Assembly (NCBI RefSeq): GCF_018977255.1
Contig: NW_024704742.1
Span: forward strand, 136,464,001-136,528,000
Reading direction: 5' to 3'
Length of the DNA stretch: 64,000 nucleotides
Origin: Callorhinchus milii
Taxonomy: Eukaryota
A program made the position numbers and the translations under genes. This document shows positions 11,701 to 36,659 of the stretch, piece by piece; the first letter of the stretch is position 1, and each line of letters starts with the position of its first letter. The notes beneath the pieces were generated by a model. That model ran no database searches. It was not told where the DNA came from and saw only the letters and a list, made by a program, of their open reading frames with translations.

Positions 11701-14700
11701 TATTACGCACAGCAGTGTCCCACAAACAGTCGTGGATTGAATGATCCTTTTTTTGAGGGATTATTACCGCCAGAAAGCGATCCACCGGTAACTAACAACC
11801 GGTTTCTTACTTAGTGCTAGGTAAATAGAGGCTTGTGGAGTAAGGGAACTTGCCTAAGGTTTCGTTCCGACCAGGTATCAAACCCGGGTCCTTTTACTTG
11901 CGAGACAAGAGTGCTAATCACTAGACGGGATTTCACAACATATTCATTGTGCATTTTTTCCACTGCAGAATTTTGTACCTTATCTTGAACAATATCTGAT
12001 GTACAGTGACATTTCTGGGCGCTATGGGAACTGCAGCAGTGAAAGTGCATTTATTTTGAATACAATTGTTTATTAGGTGCTTATTACAACTGATTACTAT
12101 ATAAAATAATTTGGGGTTAATGTTGCAACTAATTAATTAAGGCAACTGTTTTCTGCCAATATTACTGAGCTATTGCATGGTATTGTAATTGGTTATATTA
12201 GAATGCAATATGCGCTCTCTCCCTGGAGGGATGCATCCTACCTAATTCCAGAGGGTTGGGCGCAGGTTGGGAAGAGCCAAGGCTTGGGGACAGACTGTGC
12301 GTTGAGGTACTCCAGGAGTCTAACCAGCTAAAACCCCATAGATTGCCATTGAATGTACTGGCAAGCTTTGCTGCTATTTGCCCAACTAGCACCACTCTAT
12401 CATTAGGGCTTTGGCTTGCAGGGTTAATAGAAGCTGAGTGCGATGACTCCAGTGACTGGTCCACCCTTCCATGGCTTGCCGATGTGCCAGTCTGCCTGTG
12501 TTGTCATCAGCAGTGCCCTAGGATACTGTGGACCCGCCTGGCTCAGGAACTGGACTAGAGACCGTCACAGTGGGCTGGCTCGATTCTGACAGTCCAGAGC
12601 CATGGCCTGGAAATGCATAAATCCAACTAGCCAGACCTTATTTGAACTTCTTTACATAGACTCTGAGGGTGGTAAGAACGTGGAACTCACTGCAGGAAGC
12701 TGTAATGGAAGCAGAAATCATCAACATATTTAACAGGAAACTTAATGCACACGTGAAGGAGAGGGAATAGAGGGGTTTTGGAAGGAAAGAGACTCACGTA
12801 GACTATGAACAGTAACACAGATTTGTTGAGCTGAATGGACAATTTAATTGCTCTACAGACTTTTACATATAATTGTATGCAATTCTGAATTCTGGCACAA
12901 TGATAACAATCCTTGCATTTGATATAGCACCTTATTGTGTCGTTGAGATGTCACAAATTAGTTCACAGAATATAAGGTGAAGTGAATTGACTGTATATTT
13001 TGTGGGTGAAACGCAGCAACCAATTGCACACAGCAGCGTCCCACAAACAGTCATGGATTGAGTGATCAAATTTTTTTTTGGAGGGATTATTACTGTCAAT
13101 AAAAATGATCCACCAATCGAGAAACAACAAGGTTCCTACTTACTGCTCGGTAAACAGAGGCTCGTGGAGAAAGGAAATTACCCTTAGGGTTTGCTCTGCC
13201 GGGAATCGAACCCAGGTCCACACAACATCCACATGTTGCATTGATGTAGGATGAAACCAATGCAATGGCGCTGCTCATAACAGATCATGAGAGACAGAAT
13301 TAAACATGACATTTCAACATAACTATTATACTGAACTAAATAAAATGTTTACCGTAGGATATTGATCAAAGTTATATTTACCCGCTCCTCATTATCTTGC
13401 ATTATCTGATAGCTGTCTGCGGTGAAGAGAAGCCCAGTTTAAACAACTTTTCAACCTTCACCCTCTGTTGTTTTTCAGTCAGCAGTGTCTGGCACACAGC
13501 AACCCATCACCACACAGCAACCCATCACCAACGCTTGCGAGTCCAAAAACAAACTACTCGAGTTCCACATTCTAATGGAAATTTTTGTGGGAAAATATGC
13601 ATTCTCTCTGAGTGAGGCTCCATACTCACCTAACACCAGAAGGTTTAGGCGCGGGGTAGCAAGAGCCAAGGCTTGGGGACCCCAGTGGTACTTGGAGACA
13701 TCATAATGGTGTGTTGCTGAAATTTAAGCATCTAAAACTGCACAGTTTGGCATTGTGAACACTGACCAGCTTCTTGTTACTTGCCCAGCTAGGACCACCC
13801 TTCCCATTAGGACTTTTTGCTTGTTAGGTTAATATGAACCATGTAAGAAGAATCCTAGCCCACAGTGAGTGGTTGGATGGACTGATAGGATTTTTCCATT
13901 CCTACATTGGCATACTTGCTAGTCATCCTAATTTTACCAAACTTTCAGTCATTTTTCTTCTCCCCTTATCAACATCTTCCTCCCCATCTATCATCTGTGT
14001 GAATCACTTTGAGACGTTCTCTTGATGTGAAAGGTGCTATGTAAATTGTCCCAGTGTCCTGGCCAACAATCCACCAGAAAAGATTGGTCTCTCACTTCAT
14101 GGCTGTTTGTAGGATATTAGCGTGAGCAAATTGACTGCCTTGTTTGCCTACAAAATGTGTAGTCATTGAATCCTGTGAAGCAAGTTGAGACTTTTCATTG
14201 ACGAGATATAGCGTTATAAGGAATTGAAGTAATAATCCCTCAAAACAAAATGTGGTCCCTCAATCCATTGAGGGACATTGCTGAATGCAATTGGCTGCTG
14301 TATTTCGCCCACAAAATACAGTCAATCCACTTCACTGAACAAATTGGAAAGCGCTTTGAGATGCCTAATGATGTGATAAGATGCTATATCAAATGCAAGG
14401 ATTATTATTATTAACTAAACGTTGTGAGGCATAAAATGCATTGAACATGTAGACATACTTTGTACTTGGATCCTCTATTACTTTCTTTGTTTATGCTCAA
14501 ACAGTGCAAAAGTTCAACAAATAATGCCAACTGTAGTGGGTGATATGCAAGCAATGGAATTCAGCGACTGGGTCAGAGTCTCGCTCCCAAAGCTACTTGA
14601 ATCAGAACCATGTAAATAGGAATAGAAAAATACCATCAGTCCAGCCAACCTTCACCTTTACCTTGTTGGATCATTCATCCATTTCCAGCTGTTCAATCAG

Positions 14701-15169
14701 TTATTAATAGATCTTGGCAGTTCTTTTAATCTAAATGCCCAATGCTGTGTATGTTTTGCCTATACTTAATGGTAACCAAAACTATTAGTTCAAAGTAAGA
14801 CAAGAATTAAAGTGTTGAGCTAATAGTTACAATAGTAATAATCCTTGCATTTGATATTGCGTCTTTCATGTCATCAAGATATCTTGAAGCGCTTCACGGG
14901 ATGTACTGTAAAGTGAAGTGACTATGCATTTGTAAGCAAAACATGGCAGTAAGTGGCACACAGCAGTGTACCACAAATAGCCACGGACTGAGCGACCAAA
15001 TTATTATTACAATTTGATTTAGGAGATTGTTGACCAGGACACCAGGAGAAACTCACTTCTTTTTTTAAATAGCACCGTGGAGTTTTTAACGTCCATCTAA
15101 ACAGGAAAACTGGACCTCAGTTTATCATCTCATCCTAAGGACAAGTCAAAGAACTAATAGAAATGCTGA

Positions 15170-15727
15170 GCGGATCCTCTCGACTTTGGATTTGAGCATG
15201 TCTAGCATCGCCTCGCCTAAGGATGGGCGAGGCATGAGAGGGTGGGTGGAGGAGCCGCTTGGTGATGGAAAAGAGGAGCCTGGGGTTGTCCTTGGCCTTC
15301 AAGATTTTCTTGGGAGTAGAACAACGATTTAGTGGAGGAGTAAAATTTGATCTGGGAGATCAGCCAGATCTGCGAATGGACCGATTTAAGCCAGGTGTGT
15401 TCAGCAGCACACACCTGTGCTTTAAGGGAGCTGAGGTGGTACCATGGTAATTTTCATAATTTTCATGAGTAGGTGAGTAGGTGACGGTTCGGGAAGTGAG
15501 GGGAGCAAGGGAATCAAGAGTGGTGGAGAGGGCTGTTGTGGAGGAGAGCGACCAAGAAGAATAGGTGATTGCGGGAGGAATTCCAGAAGGAGAGCTCAGA
15601 TGACTCCAAGGCAAGAGAGGTGGTGGTGGGGTGGGGGAAGTTTTTTTTCCAAGGGCGGTAGGAGATGTAGGTGGTTTGGGTGGCAGTGGGAGAGGGATTG
15701 AGGAGTAAAGGGAGATGAAGTGAGATG
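15170..15727 (-). mobile_element. L2 LINE fragment (endonuclease-RT linker)
   Basis: Degenerate TLDSLAPLTSRTV...HSQIWL...KDNPRLLFS, homologous to 24130-24910 and 38320-39100. Confidence 0.8.
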
Positions 15728-16410
15728 AAATATACTGTAAAGTGAATTTACTGTATATTTTGTGGGCGAAACACGGCAGCTTATTGCGCACAGCAGTGTC
15801 CCACAAACAGTCGTGGATTAAAGTGACCAATTTATTATTTTTTTTGAAGGAATTATTACCCCCGCCCCCGAAAAACGATCCGAGAATCGACTAACAACCG
15901 GGTTCTGAATACTGCTAGGTAAACAGAGGCGTGTGGAGTAGGGAAACTTGCTCAACATTTTACACTGTCAGGAAACAAACCCAGGTCTCTGGCTTGCGAG
16001 TTGAGTGCTCTAACCACTGAGCTACAGGACTCCACATAACAATAATCTAAAAAGTGAGGCAACAGATAAAATAAAACATTGAAACTGCAATTGAATGTTA
16101 TGAGAGGAGTTAATGCACTGGAGGAATGAGCTTCGCTGGGCACAAACACTTTTTTCATAAGACTTTTATGCTCTCATATTTTATGAGATATTAAAATGGA
16201 ATTGAATTTACAGTGATTACCTTTTATTGCTGTGTTGCTTCCATGGTAGCCTGGCAATTCTGCTTCTGTAGCAATGCTCCAAGCAGTTCAGAACCAGCGA
16301 AATAATTCATTGTAATTACTTTGTAAATTCTAGTTTCAGCTTGGGCTGAGTGGGATGTGACGGAAGCTGTGAGAGTTACCAACACAGGAAAAAAAACCCT
16401 GCAATGAGCT

Positions 16411-16850
16411 GAGTGTTAGCCTGGCTCAGTTGGTAGCGCTCTCACCTTTGAGTCAGAAGGTTGTGGGTTCAAGCCCCACATTGGGACTTGGAATCACATC
16501 ATCTAAGCTGACACTCCAAGGCAGCGCTGGGGGTGTGCTGCATTGCTGGAGATGCCATCCTTCGAATGAAATGTTAAACTGAGGCCCCAACTACCTGGTC
16601 AGATAGGCATTGAAGATCCTATTCGAAAAGAGAACCATTCGAAAAGAGAAGGGAGTTTCTCCAGGTTTCCTGGCGATCAGATAAAATTAGTCATTCGCTT
16701 CATGGACGTTTGCGGGACATTGATGTGCACAAATTGGCTGCCACTTTTGCCCATTAAAAAAAAGGCCATTTTACGGAACTGTATATTCCGTGAAGCGGTT
16801 TTGGGTGACGTTTAAGGCACTATCCTAAATGCAAGGATATTTATTATTAT
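16411..16850 (+). mobile_element. Older SacSINE1-like DeuSINE with a different tRNA head and longer Deu domain
   Basis: Head gcctggctcagttggtagc...gggttcaagcccc, then ctgacactcca...gttaaactgaggcccc...agatcc...gggagtttctcc...gtcctggc segment, then the same 3' body and tail. Fragments recur at about 110-460, 14820-15140, 22300-22460, 26440-26770, 28120-28335, 44955-45310, 45400-45570, 46180-46400, 46820-47050, 51900-52270. Confidence 0.75.
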
Positions 16851-19559
16851 AACTCTAAAGACCAGGGGGCGGGGTGGGACAGAAATTAGCAGTAGAGAAA
16901 CATATCCACTTCATGCACCCAGTGCCAGAATCATATGCTCTGGGTTAACACACACACATTTCACAGCTAACAAAGAGATGAAACCTGGACCTTCTTGATC
17001 TGTTTATTCCAATCACAAGAGCAGTCCATACTAACTGTAAACACCAGCAGCTAATCGCAATGTAATTAAGGGTTCAGACCACTCAATCTACATGTTAACC
17101 CTTTTCAAATAATAATCTTTGCATGTAATATAGAGCCATTATCACGGCTCAAAGCGCTTCACAGAATATACTGTAAAGTGAATTGACTACATTTTGTGGG
17201 TGAAACGCAGCAGCCAATTGTGCATAGAAGTGGCCCACAAACAGTCATGGATTGAGTAGCCAAAATTTTTTTAAAGGGATTATTACCCACGGAAGTGACT
17301 AACAACCATGTTCCTACTTACTGGTAGGTAAACAGTGGCAAGTGGAGTAAAGATATTTGCCTAAGGTTTCACCCTGCCCGGGACTATAACTAAGATATCC
17401 TTGATACTGCCATTGGTTCAAACTTACCGAGAAAAAAAGAGCTATAATTCATAAATAACTCCAGGCTTTTAATGCAGAATAGCTTCAGTAGAACATTATA
17501 TGCAGATGACTAAGCCAAATCATTGCAATTTATTGTGCCTGTAATTAAATTGCAGGCATAAACTATTCAAACCACTGTAGACATTTATTGCAAAGGGAAA
17601 TAAACTTTATTGCTTCCGAACCATGGGAACATTTGAAATATCTAGTCATTGTTGTAACATAAAATTAATTGGGTTCACAAAAATAGATAACATGATAAAA
17701 ATATAAAACATGATTACATGACCCAGTTCCAGTGAAGTGCTTATCCCACACTTAACATCAATGTAATTCGGTTCAGTGGGCAGCAGCCTGCTTCACGTAG
17801 CCACCCACCCACCATCTGAGGTCAGGCTTTCAGCGTATCAACTCCACTCTCTGCAACTCCAACCTAGTCGTGCCTCCTTCAAGGTTCCATCTTTGGCCAC
17901 ACTTTTGGTCATCTTTCCCCCTCACCTCCACTTGGTGCCACGCTGTGTAAAGTTTTATTATATTTGGCCATGCTTTCAATCACCTTTCCCCCGATTTCTC
18001 CCTTTCCTCATCTTGCTTGGTGTTCCAAGCTTTACTGTCTATGTAAAAGACATTAAACCAATCTCGTGTGTGAAACACACTATACGAGGTTGGAATTTTC
18101 TCTAGAAAGATTTATTTTCCTCACCAACTTAATTTAATTTTCACCAGTATGGTGTGACATAGAAGAGAAATTGGCACACCGGTTGTTCCTAAGCTACATG
18201 GCATATTAAGTGCAAAACAAGTCCAGGCGTGGTATTCTTCTGAACTTCCTGATAAATAATAATAATATTTCTTGCATTTGATATAGTGCCTTATCACGTC
18301 TTCAAGACATCTCAGTGCTTCACAGAATATGGTGTGGTGTAAAGTGAATTGACCGTATATTTTGTAAAGTATGAGAATCTAAAGTATGAGATCAAGAGGA
18401 AAAAAGAGGAAGCAAAACAACAAGTTTCTTTTATAATATATTTGTATGTATTTTTATTGTGAATTTTACATAACATGTTAAATACAAATTGTCCAGTTGT
18501 ACTTACAAAGAAATTGCATTTTCATGAGAAACACTGCTTTAAGCAACACTGAAGGCACATTCAGCATCCCAACAACAACAAATTTACATTTTTATAGCAA
18601 CTTTCACGTCAGGAAGACATCCTAAGGCACTGGAAGACAAATCCCACAAAGACTTGAAGACATTTCTCTATGGTCAAAACATCACTCCGGAATGTGATGT
18701 GCACATTAAGTTTCAGGCAATTCAGCTTTTTTTTTTGCAATGGCATTTATTTATTATAAATAAATATGTTTCTGTTCCCTGATAATTCCTGTTCTATCTG
18801 GCAACAATGTCTGTCCACCTTGCCAAATTCTGGATGGAACAGCAATTAACAGAGAAAACAAAAATGGAACAATGCTAATTCTACACTTTACCAACAATAC
18901 TTGCCTTGACTGACCTACTTATTACACTTATTCTTTTAACCACTATGCCCCAACCCTCTGCAACTCACTGCCTTTGCCTTGCCCCTCTTAACCCATCTTC
19001 AAATCATACCTGAAGACTTTCTTCTTCGACCGTGCCTTCAGTCATCTCCCCTTTCTCCCTAACTCGGCATCAAACTACACCATTGTTAAACGCTCCGAGG
19101 CTCTAACTGACTGAAGGGTGCTAGTTTTTGTTGTGATGTTGAGGACAGATCTATAACTCCAAATATCATTGAAGAGCCACTTAGGTTGGTCAATCATCAA
19201 TGGTTTGGATTACTCGAGAGCTGTCGGTTTTGTTGAGTAAAAACAAGAGCCGATTTAACCCCAGAAAAAAACATTTACCTCACAGGTGACAGACTTCACA
19301 AAGAAACACTAATAATTCAATGAGAAGCCTACCATTAGAAAGCATCAGGCAGGAGATATTTTCAGAGAAGACGAATAAAAGGGAGAAACAGAGAAAACAG
19401 AAAATTAATTAATAAATATGATTTTCAAAACGGGCAGGGGGTGTATTTAGCACTTGACCCCCACACACACAAAGCAGCCAAGATCCAAAATCATTATCAT
19501 TATTCTGAAAGGATTATTAGCCCCAGAAAGCAATCCGCCAATCAACTAACAACAAATTC

Positions 19560-19892
19560 GTGGAGTCCTGTAGCTCAGTGGTTAGAGCACTCGCTTTGCA
19601 AGTGAGAGACCTGAGTTCAATCCCAGGCAGAGGGCGAAACCTTGGGCAAGTTTCCTTACTCCACACAGAGCCTAATAATAATAATAATAATCCCTCCAAA
19701 AACCAAAAACAATAATAAATTGGTCATTTTCAATCCACGACTGTTTGTGGGACATTGCTGTGCGCAATCGGCTGCCGCGTTCGCCCACAAGAATATACAG
19801 TCAACTCACTTTACAGTGTGTTCTGTGAAGCGCTTTGGGACGTCCTCCCGACGTGAAAAGCGCTATATCAAATGCAAGGATTATTATTATTA
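19560..19892 (+). mobile_element. Young tRNA-Deu SINE, short variant, full length
   Basis: Same head, body and tail as 6193-6521. Confidence 0.9.
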
Positions 19893-20222
19893 AATTACAT
19901 TTGTACAGCGCCTTTCACGTCAGGAGCAGCTGGGTTCCCACGTACTGCTAGATAAGCTGGTTTCCAGTGGAGTAAGGAAACGCCAGCGTAGATCATGGTC
20001 AGTTTCTGTGCTGTATATTCTATGCAATTCTATGTTCGCCCAGAAATTGAACCGGGGACCTCTCGCTTGCAAGGCAAGTGCACTACACTACAGGATTCAT
20101 GATTCAGGATTCAAGTCCAATACACTACAGGGTTCACAAACACTCTGCGGGGACTCCGGGTCCTATTCCGGGCGTGAAAAGCGCTATATCAAATGCAAGG
20201 ATTATTATTATTATTATTATTT

Positions 20223-20307
20223 GGTCTCAGACATCTGTCAGCACTCATTCCATCATTAATGTCCACTCTGGAACTCGGATTGCGCAGTGAACTAGTCATC
20301 ATTGACC
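20223..20307 (-). ncRNA. U91 / mgU4-8 box C/D domain (3' domain of the scaRNA), guide for 2'-O-methylation of U4 C8
   Basis: C box ATGATGA (20296-20302), D' CCGA (20275-20278), C'-like TGATGG, D box CTGA (20227-20230), terminal stem GGTC/GACC. 10-nt complementarity to U4 UUGCGCAGUG; the 5th nt upstream of D' pairs with C8. Confidence 0.92.
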
Positions 20308-20681
20308 GGGTTTAGAGACAGACTCCTGGTTCGGGAAAGCGATGGGTGGCTGTTCCAAGACCTTATCTTAATCTTAAGAAGAAAAAGAGAAGGGGAATGA
20401 AGCAAATGTATATTTTTTTGGGGGGGAGGGAGGGAGGGAGCGGACGGGGAAAGCAAATTTAAAGAAGCACAGAGAAAAGGCGTTGTATCAAATGCAAGGA
20501 CTATTATTATTATTATTATTCGGGGTGAAGCAGGACAAATCCCCTTTAAATTTGCGGGGGGTGTGGGGGCGTCGTGTCCCCCTTTATAAATTTGCTTCGG
20601 CCCATCTTAAAAGGGTGAAACTTGAGGAGAAAAAATAGAGAAACGAAGAGGGCCGCGGCTTTTTCTGAGGTAAATTGAGCG

Positions 20682-20768
20682 CATCCATCGCCGGAGAAGG
20701 TTCTAATCACTTCGGGGGCTCTCGCCCCCGATCATATAAGGAAAATCCTGACGCTCACCTGGTGGATG
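20682..20768 (-). ncRNA. mgU12-22 C/D-like domain (5' domain of the scaRNA), guide for 2'-O-methylation of U12 G22
   Basis: Guide ATTTTCCTTA (20737-20746) is complementary to U12 UAAGGAAAAU. D' ATGA at 20732-20735 places +5 on G22. It is followed by an 8-bp hairpin with a GAGA tetraloop (20712-20731) and C'-like GTGATTA (20704-20710). CATCCA/TGGATG bracket the domain. C and D boxes are degenerate. Confidence 0.82.
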
Positions 20769-21292
20769 TGTGTGTGAGTGTGTGTGGGGGTGTGGGGCTG
20801 AAGAAACGGTATTAAATAAACTCACTGAGGACGCACAAAGGCCTCACCACACAGCCCGGACACGAGCCGCCATCGCCTTCCCGCCCCTTCCGAAGCCGCT
20901 CTCCAGCCGAGAAGCTTCCACGCCGCTCAACCTAACCCGCTCGGCTTGTCCCGCCCTCACGCCGCGCGCTCGCTCGCTCGGGCGCCGCCGATTGGACGGT
21001 CTCCCGCCGGCTCTGGCGTTCGTATGGACGCGCCGGGCCGTCAATCATCGTGCGTCACCACGTCTCGCGGGAGCAGCAGGCGTAAGGCGTAAGGCGACAA
21101 CCGAGCGTGATGCACGCGGTCCCCCCGCCTCCCCGCTGCTTTCCCGCTCTTCCATTGGCCAAGCGCGTGTCAATCGTCGCCGCCTCGCTTTCTGATTGGC
21201 TTCCGCTGGGCTGTGGGCGGGGCGCTTGGGGGCAGTGAGTTGGTGCTGTGAGTGACCTTTGGGTCTGTGGCAGTGGTTGTGAGTCTGTGATG

Positions 21293-34633
<13,341 letters not shown>

Positions 34634-35891
34634 CGACGGAGAGAAGATTAGACAACCCGGGGCATCAGGACCGTTCCAGCCAAACTGCAGGATCGGAAGG
34701 ACCTCTCGTCATTCCCTGTGCTGGGTGGGGATCGCTCTCTTCCTTAAAAACCTTCCCCCCCCCCCCATCCAAACAAGAACAAAAGGTTAACATTCTCGCA
34801 TTCAATTCCCTGGCATTCTGTCCCCATCCCCCTGCCATGTTGACTGGATTGAAGCAAAGCATGGTACCTAGTATTCACTCGTGGGCAGTGGCTAGTGATT
34901 GAGTCTTCTAGCTTCCTCCCCCACACCCCCCTTTTGTGTGCAACAAATTAGGAAGGTATTCAGTGAAACTAGCTGAGTTGAGAGAAGCCTGGGTCTGGGC
35001 GGGGGGTGGGAGAGAGGTGAGTCTGAGTTGGATCGCAAGTTAAGCCCTGTTAATTGGAGTTCAACCATTAACCGTTAAGCTCTCCCCACCTGAGAGCTCC
35101 CGGCACGTCTCAAATGGACTCTGCTCAGCGCTTCAGTTTGTGGGATTTGGGCTTGTGGTTTGGCTGGGCTGTGAAGAATGTCTCTTCTCTCAACCCGCCC
35201 CCTCCTACTCCTCCATTCCATAATCTGCCTCACCCATATTCAGCCCAGCCCTTTGCAGAATCAACCGAATGGCATCAGGCAGTCTTGAACCCACAGCTAT
35301 AGGCTCGGAGACGCCTGAACATGTCCCATTACACACCGGGACTGTGTGTCCAGTCCCTTCCTGCTCCCGTGAAGAGTTGCAATCACAGCACAAAGCTGCT
35401 TTCTTTCCTCTCCTTCCCCCCCCCCACCCCAACCCCACCCACCCACCCACTCACCACACATCATTGGTCTGACTATTTTTCTATTTGAGAAGTTGCCAAA
35501 GCAAATTGCCTACGTCCTATTTTTTTCTCCGCCCTCTCCTCCCCGCCTTCAGGTGAGGGTGACGTCCTGCGTGGTATCAGGTCCATCCTGTAGACGGGAC
35601 GTTAAGAGCCGTGATTTCCCTCGCCCATTGTGTGGTGCTGTTTGGAAGGAAGTAGGAGAGAGAATCTCTCTCTGGCCCAGCCGGCACGCTCTGCCTGTCA
35701 GAATTAACCAGAGCAACTGTTGCTCATCTCATTACTGTCTGGGGGATTAGCTGCTCCTGTCTACGTACACACTCTACCCTTCAAAGTAACTAGTTGGGTT
35801 TGAGACACTTCACTATGTGAATTGCACTTTCTATATATAATAATCCTAAAGACAGGATTTGCTGCTTTTTTCATTTAAGGTTAACAGGACT

Positions 35892-36213
35892 TGGAGTCCT
35901 GTAGCTCAGTGGTTAGAGCACTTGCTTTGCAAGCGAGAGACCTGAGTTCAATTCCAGGCAGAGGGCGAAACCTTGGGCAAGTTTCCTTACTCCACACAGA
36001 GCCTAATAATAATCCCTCCAAAACAAAACAATAATAAATTGGTCATTTCCAATCTACGACTGTTTGTGGGACATTGCTGTGCGCAATTGGCTGCCGCGTT
36101 CGCCCACAAATATACAGTCAACTCACTTTACAGTGTGTTCTGTGAAGCGCTTTGGGACATCCTCCCGACGTGAAAAGCGCTATATCAAATGCAAGCATTA
36201 TTATTATTATTAT
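35892..36213 (+). mobile_element. Young tRNA-Deu SINE, short variant, in the putative acaa2 3' UTR
   Basis: Same head, body and tail as 6193-6521. Confidence 0.9.
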
Positions 36214-36659
36214 AACAAGAGGCTGAACCTTCTCTCTCCTCTCCACATTCACACACACAGACATATAACCGTACCCCAGAACTTCTGAAGCATATTTTTT
36301 CCCCTTCAGAACGAAACTTTTTTTTCTTAGCGAGGAGCGTTTTTCAAAATACCTTTTTTCGGAGCATCCCATCTGGGTGGGGATTGCCACGGACACAGAT
36401 TTCCTCCCGCTGATGGGCAGAAATTACAGCTTGGCGTTGCAAATGTTTGGCAAATGCTTTTGGACGTCCTCTCGACGTGAAAGCCGCTGTGTAAATGTAA
36501 CTTGTAATCTGGATTTTTTTTCCCCCCTCTCTGGTTCTGTCAAACCAGGGATCAACAAGTGCCTTATCCGATACCGCAGTGTAACCTCAGAGAGCGCGCG
36601 ACGCTGGGAAGACTCTAGCTTTGTCAGTGTGTCTCGCCCCTTCATTTGTAACCCAATCA

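Larger units (their letters stand above)
20223..20902 (-). ncRNA. scarna17: SCARNA17-like composite box C/D scaRNA (mgU12-22/U4-8); 5' end approximate
   Basis: The - strand has ATTTTCCTTAT-ATGA (antisense to U12 nt 19-28, then D' box) at 20732-20746. Downstream is a complete C/D domain, ggtc-a-ATGATGA...CACTGCGCAAT-CCGA...TGATGG...CTGA-gacc (antisense to U4 nt 5-14), at 20223-20307. Same order, strand and position relative to ACAA2 as human SCARNA17. The 5' end is a guess from AGAGCGGCTTCGG at 20890-20902. Confidence 0.88.

Noticed and set aside
13493..13528. 18-bp tandem duplication cacacagcaacccatcac x2
   Set aside because: Only two units with no spacers; ordinary slippage, not a CRISPR-like array.
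20844..20873. ATG in good context on the - strand (MAARVRAVW*) as the first exon of a protein gene
   Set aside because: Stops after 9 codons, no recognisable downstream coding exons, and it coincides with a YY1-like motif inside the inferred scaRNA 5' leader.
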